Positions 1 to 12,400 of a stretch of DNA of 64,000 nt are shown here, piece after piece. The translations under genes and the position numbers were made by a program. Location of the stretch: the NCBI GenBank assembly GCA_950097015.1, contig CATNEN010000039.1:3224001-3288000 (forward strand), given 5' to 3'. Position 1 is the stretch's first letter, and the number at the start of each line of letters is the position of its first letter. The notes beneath the pieces are model-generated. The model was not told where the DNA came from, did no database searches, and was given only the letters and a program-made list of their open reading frames with translations. The DNA comes from Macrostomum hystrix (Eukaryota > Animalia > Platyhelminthes).

Positions 1-1628
1 AATTCATGATAGCTCCCAAACTGAATGACCCACTGCCTAATTCACGATAGCTCCCAAACTGAATGACTCACTGCCTAATTCACGATAGCTCCCAAACTGA
101 ATGACCCACTGCCTAATTCACGATAGCTCCCAAACTGAATGACCCACTGCCTAATTCACGATAGCTCCCAAACTGAATGACTCACTGCCTAATTCACGAT
201 AGCTCCCAAACTGAATGACCCACTGCCTAATTCATGATAGCTCCCAAACTGAATGACCCACTGCCTAATTCACGATAGCTCCCAAACTGAATGACTCACT
301 GCCTAATTCACAATAGCTCCCAAACTGAATGACCCACTGCCTAATTCACGATAGCTCCCAAACTGAATGACCCACTGCCTAATTCACAATAGCTCCCAAA
401 CTGAATGACCCACTGCCTAATTCACGATAGCTCCCAAACTGAATGACTCACTGCCTAATTCACAATAGCTCCCAAACTGAATGACTCACTGCCTAATTCA
501 CAATAGCTCCCAAACTGAATGACTCACTGCCTAATTCACAATAGCTCCCAAACTGAATGACCCACTGCCTAATTCACGATAGCTCCCAAACTGAATGACT
601 CACTGCCTAATTCACAATAGCTCCCAAACTGAATGACCCACTGCCTAATTCACAATAGCTCCCAAACTGAATGACTCACTGCCTAATTCACAATAGCTCC
701 CAAACTGAATGACCCACTGCCTAATTCACGATAGCTCCCAAACTGAATGACTCACTGCCTAATTCACAATAGCTCCCAAACTGAATGACTCACTGCCTAA
801 TTCACAATAGCTCCCAAACTGAATGACCCACTGCCTAATTCACGATAGCTCCCAAACTGAATGACCCACTGCCTAATTCACAATAGCTCCCAAACTGAAT
901 GACCCACTGCCTAATTCACGATAGCTCCCAAACTGAATGACCCACTGCCTAATTCACGATAGCTCCCAAACTGAATGACCCACTGCCTAATTCACGATAG
1001 CTCCCAAACTGAATGACCCACTGCCTAATTCACAATAGCTCCCAAACTGAATGACCCACTGCCTAATTGATGATAGCTCCCAAACTGAATGACTCACTGC
1101 CTAATTGATGATAGCTCCCAAACTGAATGACTCACTGCCTAATTCACGATAGCTCCCAAACTGAATGACCCACTGCCTAATTCACGATAGCTCCCAAACT
1201 GAATGACTCACTGCCTAATTCACGATAGCTCCCAAACTGAATGACCCACTGCCTAATTCACGATAGCTCCCAAACTGAATGACCCACTGCCTAATTCATG
1301 ATAGCTCCCAAACTGAATGACCCACTGCCTAATTGATGATAGCTCCCAAACTGAATGACCCACTGCCTAATTCACGATAGCTCCCAAACTGAATGACTCA
1401 CTGCCTAATTCATGATAGCTCCCAAACTGAATGACCCACTGCCTAATTGATGATAGCTCCCAAACTGAATGACCCACTGCCTAATTCACGATAGCTCCCA
1501 AACTGAATGACCCACTGCCTAATTCACGATAGCTCCCAAACTGAATGACCCACTGCCTAATTGATGATAGCTCCCAAACTGAATGACCCACTGCCTAATT
1601 CACGATAGCTCCCAAACTGAATGACCCA
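1..1628. repeat. 38-bp minisatellite, about 43 copies, truncated by the window start
   Basis: Unit AATTCACGATAGCTCCCAAACTGAATGACCCACTGCCT repeated in tandem, varying at only a few positions (CAC/CAT/GAT, GAT/AAT, CCC/CTC). Confidence 0.98.
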
Positions 1629-2877
1629 TTTTCGTGAATGTCGACCATCTGAATTAAAGATTAATTAATTTTCAAAGCTGTCCGAGTCGGCATCGTCTAG
1701 ATGTTCAGCGATTGCTGTGTGAGTCCCTGGTGACAAGGACCTCTTTGGTTTATTAAATGAAAATAATTCGACATAATCATCAGATGCAAAAAATTCTGTG
1801 AAAATATGATTTTAGACTAAATATCTATTCCTTTTCCACCAGACACTCCGGCGAGACTCGTTGAATATCTCACGATGCCGATGTGCGATTCTGAAAGTTG
1901 TCTCATCGGGTTGAGTGCAAAGTTTTAGCCTACGATTTTCATGCCGATTGGTTGATTATTTTTGGACGTTACTTTTTGAACCGTTGTTTTTTTACAAAGT
2001 TACATTTCTAGTGGATCCTTAAGTTTTGCAGACGTCAATAACGGATGCTGAAATTTTTTTTTCACAGTTAGTTGAACGTTTAGATGATTAATTTGCACTT
2101 TGTCACTAAGGGACTGGATGTTTCGCTGAGTTGGACTTGCACAAATGCTCACTTGTACTAATAACTTGCATGTCTTGTATATTCTGAAACTTTTCCCATT
2201 CTGTTCTCTCCAGACAGAATGGGGGGCTTAGATAGTTATTTTTGCTATTCAATTCATTGCAATGCTAAAATATTTTACATGATTATTTAAAGCTACTGTA
2301 CATAGTGCTGTTGGGCGCAGACCATTGCCTGCTCACAATGCACTATAACATCCCTAAGCTTTCCTGCGCAGTGCAATACCATTGTTGACTAACAGGTAGT
2401 TAGTGGTGGTTATTTTCCCGTCTGCTTAATTGTGATCAGCGTATAGTTATTTGATTTGATTGCTGTTTCATTTGCTTTCACAGCTGGCCCCACCTGGCCA
2501 GTGCGGCACTGCAGGCTTCATTAAGCAGTTGATTTTGCGTCACCTGCGCCAATACAACCGCTGATTGGCCTGTCTTGTCTATGCACAACTAATACTGTAC
2601 CTAATACGGGCTGTTTGTGATTTTTAACACCTTCCCAGGTCTTTAGTTTATAGGACTAATAATCCACATATTTTTGCACATTCGTTCGCAGATGCCACAG
2701 GTGTTGTTGTCTCGTGACCCAATCAGTGCGAGCTGCGGTAGCTTTCCTGTCTTCTGCAGTGTTCCCAAGTGTCAGCAAGCAATACACACCTGTCAGTCTT
2801 GTTTTGTCTATTAACCACAAATTGCTTCACGCCAATGTCAGACTAACAAATAAAAAGTCGTTCAACCGGACTTGCAC

Positions 2878-3047
2878 AGCTCCCAATGCTGCAGGTGTTC
2901 TATTAAAATATGATGCAGCAGCTGAGCACATAAGCTCCCAATGCTGCAGGTGTTCTATTAAAATATGATGCAGCGGCTGAGCACATAAGCTCCCAATGCT
3001 GCAGGTTTTCTATTAAAATATTATGCAGCGGCTGAGCACATGAGCTC
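2878..3047. repeat. 55-bp tandem repeat, 3 copies
   Basis: AGCTCCCAATGCTGCAGGTGTTCTATTAAAATATGATGCAGCAGCTGAGCACATA starts at 2878, 2933 and 2988. Confidence 0.9.
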
Positions 3048-3295
3048 GACTTTTTTGTAGATTAAATTCAAATTCAACGCAGGAAACTTGCATGACTTGC
3101 GCTGCTTCTCAGCTGCAACTCAAATTCGGTTCGAATAGTTATAATGAGGAAGTTCTCTCTTTCTCCATCAAGCTTTATTCGAGCGCATTTCCGGGCTTAA
3201 AACGGAAAATCAGCGGCGCAAATAGTTCTCATAGTTGGTAGAAAACAGAAAGCTTGATAAGGAGGCAAAGTGTGTTTGGTGCGATGACCGCCAGC

Positions 3296-3304
3296 TATAT
3301 AAAA
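3296..3304 (+). promoter_or_regulatory. Putative TATA box of the plus-strand orphan gene
   Basis: TATATAAAA about 100 bp upstream of ATG 3395. Confidence 0.5.
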
Positions 3305-3394
3305 CCAACTCTGGTCCGCCGAGTCCACTCTCTAGGACCAGGTCCAATGAAGCTATTCTCGCAGTTGCCTTCTGGTTCAACTTAACGGATAAGC

Positions 3395-4476
3395 ATGGAT
3401 TTCAGCCGAAAGTCTTCGTCAAGGTGTCCGCCTTATTATCCGACCTCAAAGAAACGCGGCGGCAGCGCGAGCGCCTCCGCTGCTGCTTCAGCTGCTGCTG
3501 TTGCTGGCGGCTCGTGCATGCGCGCTGAAGCCAATGCGGCCGATACGGGCCTGAGTGTTCAGGTGAACTAATCCCGACCAACCCACCCTCCCATCTCATT
3601 GGCCAATCAAATTTGAATTTATGGCTATTTTTAGAAACACCCTCCGGGGAACCCTTTAGAAGCCATCCTAAGCCACGTGACTAATCGCAGCCAACCAAAA
3701 TTTAAATCGCTGCTTTCTGCTAAGCCAGCTGTACAAGTGGGTGACTGGCAGAGTGACTGCCGCTTGCCTCTTTCTAGCACCAACGTCCACTGACCCCAAG
3801 GCACAGTGAGAGTGTACACTAGCTGCATGACAATAAAAACTAACGGCAGATATACACTTCTGTGTGAGTGGGTTCAGGAGTCAGTGGAATGGGCAGAATT
3901 GCCTCGTAGCTGGCTGCGGGTCGACTGCAGTAATCTGTGTTCCAGTGCCCAAAGCCCTCGAGAAACTATTATTATCATTATGCATTTCCCATCCCGATTT
4001 CAAATGCGCCACAGTTCCCGTGGTCTTCCAATCGTGATTGTGGTCTGAAGGCTTCCGACGGCTGGACCGATCGTCGCGCGTATCGCCAGTCCTTGGAGAC
4101 AGATAAAGGGCCAGCAAGAGACAGACCTGCGACTTTTCATCAGAAAAAGCAGCAGGACTTCAGTAGACGCAGTGCAGCTGCCAAGGAGCGTCCAGATTCT
4201 ACCGCGGCCGCGTCCAGCATCGGCGCCTGTCGACAGAAGAGCAGCCGAGCCGGGTTCGGCGGACCGCCTCGCCATTTGAAACAGCTGCACGAGCATCTGC
4301 ACCATCAGCTGCTGCAACGGGACCTGCTGCTGAGCCCGCCGCTTTCCTGCTTCACCAATTACTACCGCCGTGATTGCCACTGCTGCAGCTGCTGCCACCA
4401 CTGCGGCCGTTTCTTCGCCTTGATTGAGTCAGATCATCCGCACTCGAGTGAATCTGGCAGCTCTTCTGACGAATAA
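3395..4476 (+). CDS. Two-exon hypothetical protein, about 209 aa, join(3395..3562,4015..4476); low complexity with a His/Cys cluster
   Basis: Exon 1 (MDFSRKSSSRCPPYY...DTGLSVQ) ends CAG|GTGAAC in phase 0. Acceptor CCACAG|TTC at 4015 joins in frame to ORF 3937..4476 (FPWSSNRDC...CHCCSCCHHC...SSSDE*). The exons are GC-rich against AT-rich flanks, with a TATA box upstream and AATAAA at 4876. No recognisable domain. Confidence 0.55.
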
Positions 4477-6376
4477 GACTTCTGAGCAGTCAGCGCGAAT
4501 TCATAAGACCGTTTTTTTACATCTCGGCAGGAAAAGTTTTATAAATATTTTTATTCAGTGCTCTTGAACTATTAACATTTATAGTAAACTTGTGCCATCC
4601 GTTGAAGGTCCAGAAGCTCCGCCTTGGTCAAGGCCAGTAGAAATGTAAGATTGTGATGATGCAGAAACTCGTTTTCTATTATTTCACATTGCCTGTATTA
4701 ATCATAGCTCATCAAAAATGGACCGAGGGGAATCGCCCCTTTTTGTACATTTACTTCTTATTGTGGGCCAGTGAAGTTAGTAGTGCGTATGTCGAGAAAA
4801 AATCTAGCTTTTTTGCTGTAAATTTTCAATATTTCTCATCTGGTAAATCACACCAGAATCACTTGTTAACCCGCTAATAAACAGCCTTAAACAAGCTGAG
4901 TTAACAAAAATAAATTAATAAACTAAAAATAAAAAACTGTATCTAGATACAAACCATGCTCGTTTAATTCGCGACATCAGTCATCTGCCGTTGTTTATAT
5001 TTTTGTTTCCGCTCACCTACGAGGCTAAATAGCGTGGGCGAACAGCCAATTCTCTAACTCACCAGCCAATAAGGGAGTGAGACGAGGGGAGAGGTAAAAC
5101 TGATTGGCTCCTGGGGTAGAGAAAAAAGGAGAGATGTTGGATAGCAAAAGAGGTAGCCAGCCAATCGGCACAAGACCCGGGGCAGGGGGGAGCTCAACAA
5201 GAAGCCAGACGGACCAATCGACCTGATTGGCTGCCTGGCTGACCGAGACAAAGCAAACTGCAAAGCACCCCAAATGTCTATGGTATAATCACACTCTTTC
5301 GCTCCCTAAAAGAGCATTAATAATCAATGACTCCAAAATTTGAATTACGAGTACACGCTCGTAAAGATCCCATTACTGCTATTTTTAAAGTTCATGCACC
5401 ACGCAAATTTAAGTTTAGAGCAACCAAGTTGTCCTCGTGCACCACTGAATGAGTTTTTTTCTAATTATTTTAATTTTTGTTAAAATCTAAACACGTCTTA
5501 GCAATTAGAATTCTGAGAGTATTTAGTATAAACTATTTAAAATAATATTTTACAGCACAACAATTAAAAATTGATTTCACGCAACCAATTTTTTGAACGC
5601 TTTGCTAAATATCGAGAATTAATTTATAAAACTGCTAACCATTTTGTACTAATTTATTTACTGTTATTCATGATATCAGCGACAATTAGTTAATTACGAG
5701 TATCGTAGATCGATAAACAGTTGCACTTTAACGTATCAAAGCGTGTGTTTACAATTTTCATGCAAATGGCATACAGGCGAGTGAATTAGTATTTCTGCTC
5801 GGCAAGTATTTGAAAGTTTGAGTTTCTTGGTGATCGAGTAGCTTTTACAACAGAGGTATAAAGCTTTATGAGGTTATCTAGCATCAATTAATTAATTAAT
5901 AATTAAATACAACTTGTTGGTGTTTGAGCACATGAAGAGGCCTTGAATAGTGGTCTCCTATCTCATCTTGCATTTACTTACGTCATTAAAAGCCGAAATT
6001 GCGTTAGTACGATTGAGCCATTGGCCCATAGACAAAAAATAGATACAAACATGCCTAATAAACTACTCCCAATTATGTCCTTTTTGAGCCTATACTTGGT
6101 ATTGAAGGCTAGTTATAGGGCCTTCAACCAGTTTCCAGGAATATCTAGAGTCTGGCGTCCTTCTACTTCAGGCAAGTACGCCTTCATAAATTATGAAGTC
6201 AGGCCCTCATCCTACTCCTTCTACTTCTAGAAGTCCTTGTACTGAGGGTGCATATTTTGAACAAGTTCTACATACAGAAATATGAAAATAGATATGAAAA
6301 GCACACAAATGTTAATTTGGGACACTTGCGTTTTGTTAACTTTCAGAACGTCCAAGTACAAGTTTGTCAACTTTAC

Positions 6377-6462
6377 TTAGTCAACGAATCGGGAGTTCAG
6401 CTCTTCAACTTTAGTTTGGAGTCTCTTTTTCAAGCCAGCAATCGAGTTTTTGGCAGCAATGG
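6377..6462 (-). CDS. Exon 17: probable terminal exon, short charged tail
   Basis: ATTTCAG|CC in phase 1; (A)IAAKNSIAGLKKRLQTKVEELNSRFVD*; AT-rich sequence follows. No PLAC domain found. Confidence 0.5.
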
Positions 6463-9400
6463 CTGAAATTTGGCATTGACTGACTGTAGAAAATGTTTTT
6501 GTTGCAATTAATATATGCGCACTAACACCACTCACAATCTCAAAATCTCATCATCACCCACCTCATCAATCACTCACATTATCATCAACCAATTCATCAG
6601 TCACCCACCTAATCAGTCACCCACCTAATCAATTACCCATCTCATCAATCATCCTCTCGTCTACTCCACCTCTCGTCAATCACCAACCTCACTAATCAAC
6701 CATCTCATAAATCTATCACACTGCTCATCAATCACCCACCTCATTAATCACTCACCTTATCAATCACCCACCTCATCAATCACCCTCCTCATCAATCACC
6801 CACCTAATAAATCAACCTCCTTATCAATCACCCACCTCATCAATCACCCACCTCACCAGCCCCCTCCTCATCGACAGCAGATTTCAAAGCTTTTGTTTAA
6901 TACTTATTTCCTGGAAATTGACGCTCACCCTCAAGGCAGCGGATGCGGAAATCGCTGCAGTCGCTGCTGGCGCTGGGGCAGACTGGTTTGCAAATCCGGT
7001 CAGTTGGACAAGCCCGGCTGTCCGAGCACGGAGACACGCAGCTGCAGGTCAGGCAGCCTGCCGAGTCGCGCTTGTAGCCGAAGCGACACTTCTGCTGGCA
7101 GCGGGTCGGCTGGCACTCTGCCAAACAATTCGAGGCTATTGTTTAGCCGTGTGGTAACCACGTCGGCTATCATTGTTGACTATTTTTAATTGATTAAATT
7201 GTTAATTTTTCAATTTTAAACCAATATGGATTCGCAATAGAGGTTTATAGCGTGCAATGTCACTTGTCCTTGTCACCAGGGTCTCCGACAAGAATTGCTG
7301 AATATACGAGTATCAGGTGTTAGGTGAAAGGTGTCATGTCTACCTATTGAGAAAATTGTATAGCTATTGTCGACCGACCAGAGCCAATCAGGCTTGGCTG
7401 AGCGTCACATTGACTGTGAAAAGTGCTTAACATCACAATAAAAACGAGCTGAACTCACTCGAGACCACGCTGACATTCACCCGATTCGACTCCGCCATCT
7501 CAAAGCCGTTGCCAAGGCGACAGAAATACCGTCCGGCGTCTTCGCGACGAATCGGCGACAGGCGCAAATCGCCAGGCGATGCGGCTTCAATAGGCGACTC
7601 CTGAAGTAGCGTCGGCTGCGGACGCCCGGGCACCTCCTTGTACCAAATCGTCCGGCAAGGCGCCGCTAGACCTCCGACGACCGAGCAGGTCAGCACGAGC
7701 GAGCCGCCGACCGACAACTCGAGAGACGTCTGGCCGGCGGCTGCCGCGGCCGAAGCCAGGGCGCCGGACATGGGCTCGCGGTACTGGACCAGCACCGTCC
7801 GAGAGTCCGGCCGGCCGATGCCATTGCTGGCCAGGCAGAGGTAGGTCCCGTCAACGCCGGGCTGAGCCGTCAGGTTGAGCTCGGCTCCCTGAGGATTTGT
7901 AAATTTAGCAAAAATACGGAGCTTTTGCACACCAGCCAACCGTGAGCTATTCCGACTCCTAATCCATTAGAAAAATACACATATTTGTAGCGCTGGGATT
8001 TTAAAATGGGTACCGAGGCATGCTCCCTACAGCCATCAGCCCGGCAACCCCCCCCCCACGATCGATACATGAGCACACACCTCAGTCAGCGGCCCCAGCT
8101 GCAGCCGGTCGTGCCTGAACCACTGAACCCTTGGCGACGGCTGACCGCGCGCAGCGCACTTCAACAGCGCCGTCTGATTGCGCCTGATCAGCGGCAGCTC
8201 CGAGGCTTCCAGGCCGATGATTCTCGCTGGCGACTGGACGATCAGCCTCTGGAGGACTTTGCCAACGATGCCGGAGCAACTGTAGATGCCGGAGTCGGCG
8301 AGCTCGGCCCGGGCCAGCCAGAGGCTGCCAGCAGCGTCTGCTGCGTCGCCGTCCTGGTCGTCGTTCTTCACCAGAGTGACACGGTCGTCAAGCTGAATCG
8401 GTCGCCTTTTGGATTTCAGAAGGATTATTTAAGCGTCAATACAAATGCTGTTTGCGAAAAATGAACGATATATTTTATTGTTCGATGATGGATGTAAATA
8501 CTTTAAGCGCTTCTAGAATCTTCGTCTATGATTCGAGGATAACATTCTATGATTACCAACTCTGGCGCCACTACCAGGGGGGCGCCATTACCAGCTCTGA
8601 AATGAGTTCCAACATTAGCTGGGCTGGAGACTTTGATGGGCGTGGCGGCCTGCCAGTCCATCGGCTTAGCGGCTGTAGACAGTCCTTAGATGCGCTAACT
8701 GGGAATAAATCGACCAAATACCTTACTATTACATTTAACTTAAGGTAACAACACGACGACTCCAAAAAACTAAACTAAAGAATTTGAAAAACCAGCTGCG
8801 CTTCCGTGAAGGGGGCTAGTTTGCTAGTCTATATTTACAGACTCGTAGTTTTAAAACTGCGCAGTGACCCACCCGTTCTTTTCCCAGGTGACCGCCGCGG
8901 CTGAAGCTGTCTTTGCTCCGCTGCCCGATCCACGACAGGCCAGACGAACTGGATCGCCTTCTAGAGCAACAACTGAAGTCGTGACGCCGTCTTGAACCTT
9001 GGCACTGCTAGCTAAGGATCGAGGTGCACCTGTTGGCTCAGTGCAAATGGTGTGGACAATTACATCATCCTGTGACGTTGTTGCCATGAAGGCGCAGCAT
9101 TTTTGGGCGCCGGGACACTCCAGATCCTGACTGCAGCGAACGCTGCTGCTGCTGTTGCTGCTACTTTTGACCCCGCGATTAAATTGCATTGTTGGGCAGC
9201 TACCTAGCTTGACAACTGAAACATCAATGTTATGTTAGAAGTCAAGGCGAGTGTGTGCGAGCTACGAAACGCTTAAAGCCAGCGATGGGCAGAGAGCCGA
9301 TATATATATTATTGTTTAGTCAAGTGCAGTGATCAATGTACATTGTACGCGTCAATGGGGGACTGGGGGGCAGGTGCACTGAGAGAGAAAGAGAAAGACT

Positions 9401-12400
9401 GCACGTCGGCTAGCCAGCATCGATCATTACACAACAATCAAGACAATGCATATAACAATAAGAATACGATGATTTGTACGGCCCACTCGCACCACACGAT
9501 ACCCATGAGCACACTAACCAGGCTCGCAGGTGACTGTCGAATTCTCGCATTCGAAGTCAACGCATTTCGCACTGCACCGTTCAAGCGGTCCGCAGCCGCC
9601 GACACCGGCGCACGGATCATGACACCGGCAGATGCGGCAACCGTCTGCGCGGGTGAATTGGCGATGACGGCCGAACGGACAGTCAGACGGGCACACGCTC
9701 AGCTGTGCGTTGCATTCTGGATCAAAGCGGGGAAACCCAAATCAATTGGTATCATCTGATTGGCATTGATTTTGAGCAGGGGTCAGCAAACTCCAGACCG
9801 CCAGATGCCACCCGTTGCCCCTTAGGACACCTACAGTTATCCTGTTTTATCCGTGTCGCATCTCTACCGTGTCTCTTCTCTCCCATTCTACAGTGAATGC
9901 GACCCGCTATCGTCTTTTGGACTCTCTCCTTGACCCGCTAGCTACCCGCTAAGTGTGCCGACCCTTGATTTAGAGTTTCACCTGTAATAGATATTCAACA
10001 GTTAACCCAGTCTGATACTGATGCCATTTCTTTTGGATATTGAACCTCTGCTCACCTCTGCTCTCCACTGGACAAAGGTTCTCGCAATCGCTGCGAGTCA
10101 AGAACGCATTCCCTTTAAGCGATGAGTTGGCGCAGGCTGTTACATCTGACTCGCTCTCGCACCGTTTACTGGTCGCATTGAAGCTGAAGACCTTGCGCTG
10201 TAGCTCTACTGGGCAGAGAGCCATCGCCGGTACTTTAGCCTGATCCAATCGCTCTTTACTGTGGCACTCTTCACGTTCCCTAGGTACCGCGTCAGCTATG
10301 GGATCATTGATGGATCGCTTTGCGCGCTGAATAGAAGCAACATTCGAGCGTCTAATCAGTCGCGAACCCGACATGCACCTGGCCTGGCACTCCAGGTGGC
10401 TGCCGAACCTGTTCGGACTGCCGCCGCAGCCGTTGTAAACGAATTCGCTGCACTGGCCAGTGTCGAAGTTGTAGTAGTAGCGCAACGCCTGGGCCAGAAG
10501 GGGGTTCGCACCGCCACACAGGCGGCCCTGCGAGGCCGGGTGCAGGCACGGGTTCTTCATCAGCGGCGTCTCGCAGATGCTGCGACACTCAGCCAGGCTC
10601 AGGAATCGGTTCCGGTTGCCAAGGCAACCGCCGTACCGCATCTCCCGACAGCTGCCGGTCTCCGGATTGTAGGCGAAGCGCATCAGCGACTCTCCACACG
10701 GTCCGGGGTCGGCATCCAGGAAGCAGACGCGCTGCCGCAGCTCTGGGTAGCAGTGCCGCTTGCAGTCCCTCCAAGTGGTGAAGAAATTGCCCTGACGATT
10801 TGCCACTCCGCGTGACAGCGACTCGCGACAGGTGACGTCGCGAGCATCGTAGTGATACCTGATGTACGTAGGTGAAGTCTGCGTTGATTCTAGAGAAGGC
10901 AGCGTCGGAGGCAGCTGACATCGGTCTTGGAGCATGTCAATCGTCGCTGACTGGCCGGCGCACAGAACTCGGCGGTTCTCGCAGTCGTTGCGGCTTGCGA
11001 AAAACTGTTGGGAGCGTTGAGCCGCGCAGGCTGCTGGTACTGACACCTCTTCACATTCAGCTACGCCACCGTCTAACCGTCTATCGCCGAGTTGCCAACG
11101 AGTCAGCAGCTGAGGGTCTTGGATGCTCTCAGCGCAGGGCGACGGCTTCGTGCAGGACGGTTGCGATGCTCCTGTTTTGTGAGACATCGATGGATATATT
11201 TGCAGGATTGTTGCTGAAGCAAAGTGACTTTAACGTAACCGAGGCTCTGCTGCCATTTCGCTGCAGGACAGCGTGATACGAAGTAGCTTTTGTCCCTAAC
11301 AAATTGACAGTAAAACTTCTCAATCCAACTTTTCTCACCGAAATTCAGGCACGCATAGTAGCAGTCCTCCTCAGTCTCAAAGTTGTTCGCGTTGCCGCCA
11401 CAGCCGGTGTACTTGAACTTTCGGCACCGACCGATGTTGGCGTCGAAGAAGTAGCGCGTCAGTCGGACAACGTCGGACATCGCGCACGAGCCGGTAGATG
11501 GTGGCAGGTGGCACAAACCGCTGCTTGCGTTGGACGCTGGAGTGATCAGCGGAGCTGGTCCACCGATCCACCTACTAGTGTTCCGCCTGTGGCTTAACTC
11601 CAACGCTGTCGAGCCCGATGCTGGCAGTCGACGAGCATTCGCGTGGCCATCCCCTGCGCTACCGCACGTTCGCTCGCAGTCGACCGCATTGAGGAATCGA
11701 TTTCGGTTGCCTTGACAACCACCGTAGACGAATTCCCGGCAGGAGCGTCGGTTTGAATCGTAAAAATAGCGGCTATGCGTCTCTGCACAGGGACCCTCGT
11801 CCATGGGAAGGCTGCACACGTCTACAGTTCGACATGTAGCGATTGCAAATTGGTTCGCAAATAACTCAATTGCTTGGTTAGACAGAAACCCAGACCAGAC
11901 ACCCACCCCAGACCAGACACCCGAGGTTGTCTAGTGTCCAGTGGCTAGCGAAATTGGCGGCTTCCGCCGCCTCCTCGCTGCATGCGCTCGGGCCCTGCAA
12001 ATTAGTCAGATAAGTCAAGACCAGACACCCACCCCACACCCGACACCCTCCCCTGACCAGACACCCACCCCAGACCCGACACCCTCCCCTGACCAGACAC
12101 CCACCCCAGACCCGACACCCTCCCCTGACCAGACACCCACCCCAGGCCACTGATTGGGCGGTGGCTGAAGACATCAGAGTCCAAGACACTCACCGGCCAG
12201 CGAGCTGGGCATGCAGTGCTGCCGGCACTCGTCTAGCGTACCGAAGCTGTTGCCAGCCAGCGAGTCGTTGGGGCACACAGTCCGCCGGATGCACGCCCTC
12301 TGCTGGTCGCTATAGAAGTACATGTCGTGAGGTGACTCGCAGTGAGTAACGTCTGAATTGATCTCGAACGAAGCGAAGCAGCGATCTAAAAGAAGATAAA

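Noticed and set aside
1-1628. Regular 38-bp repeat as a CRISPR array
   Set aside because: Head-to-tail repeats with no unique spacers and no cas genes, in a eukaryotic context.
11920-11995. Possible small exon (GPSACSEEAAEAANF) between Kunitz exons
   Set aside because: The acceptor hits a stop in the required phase 1, and exons 9 and 10 join cleanly without it.
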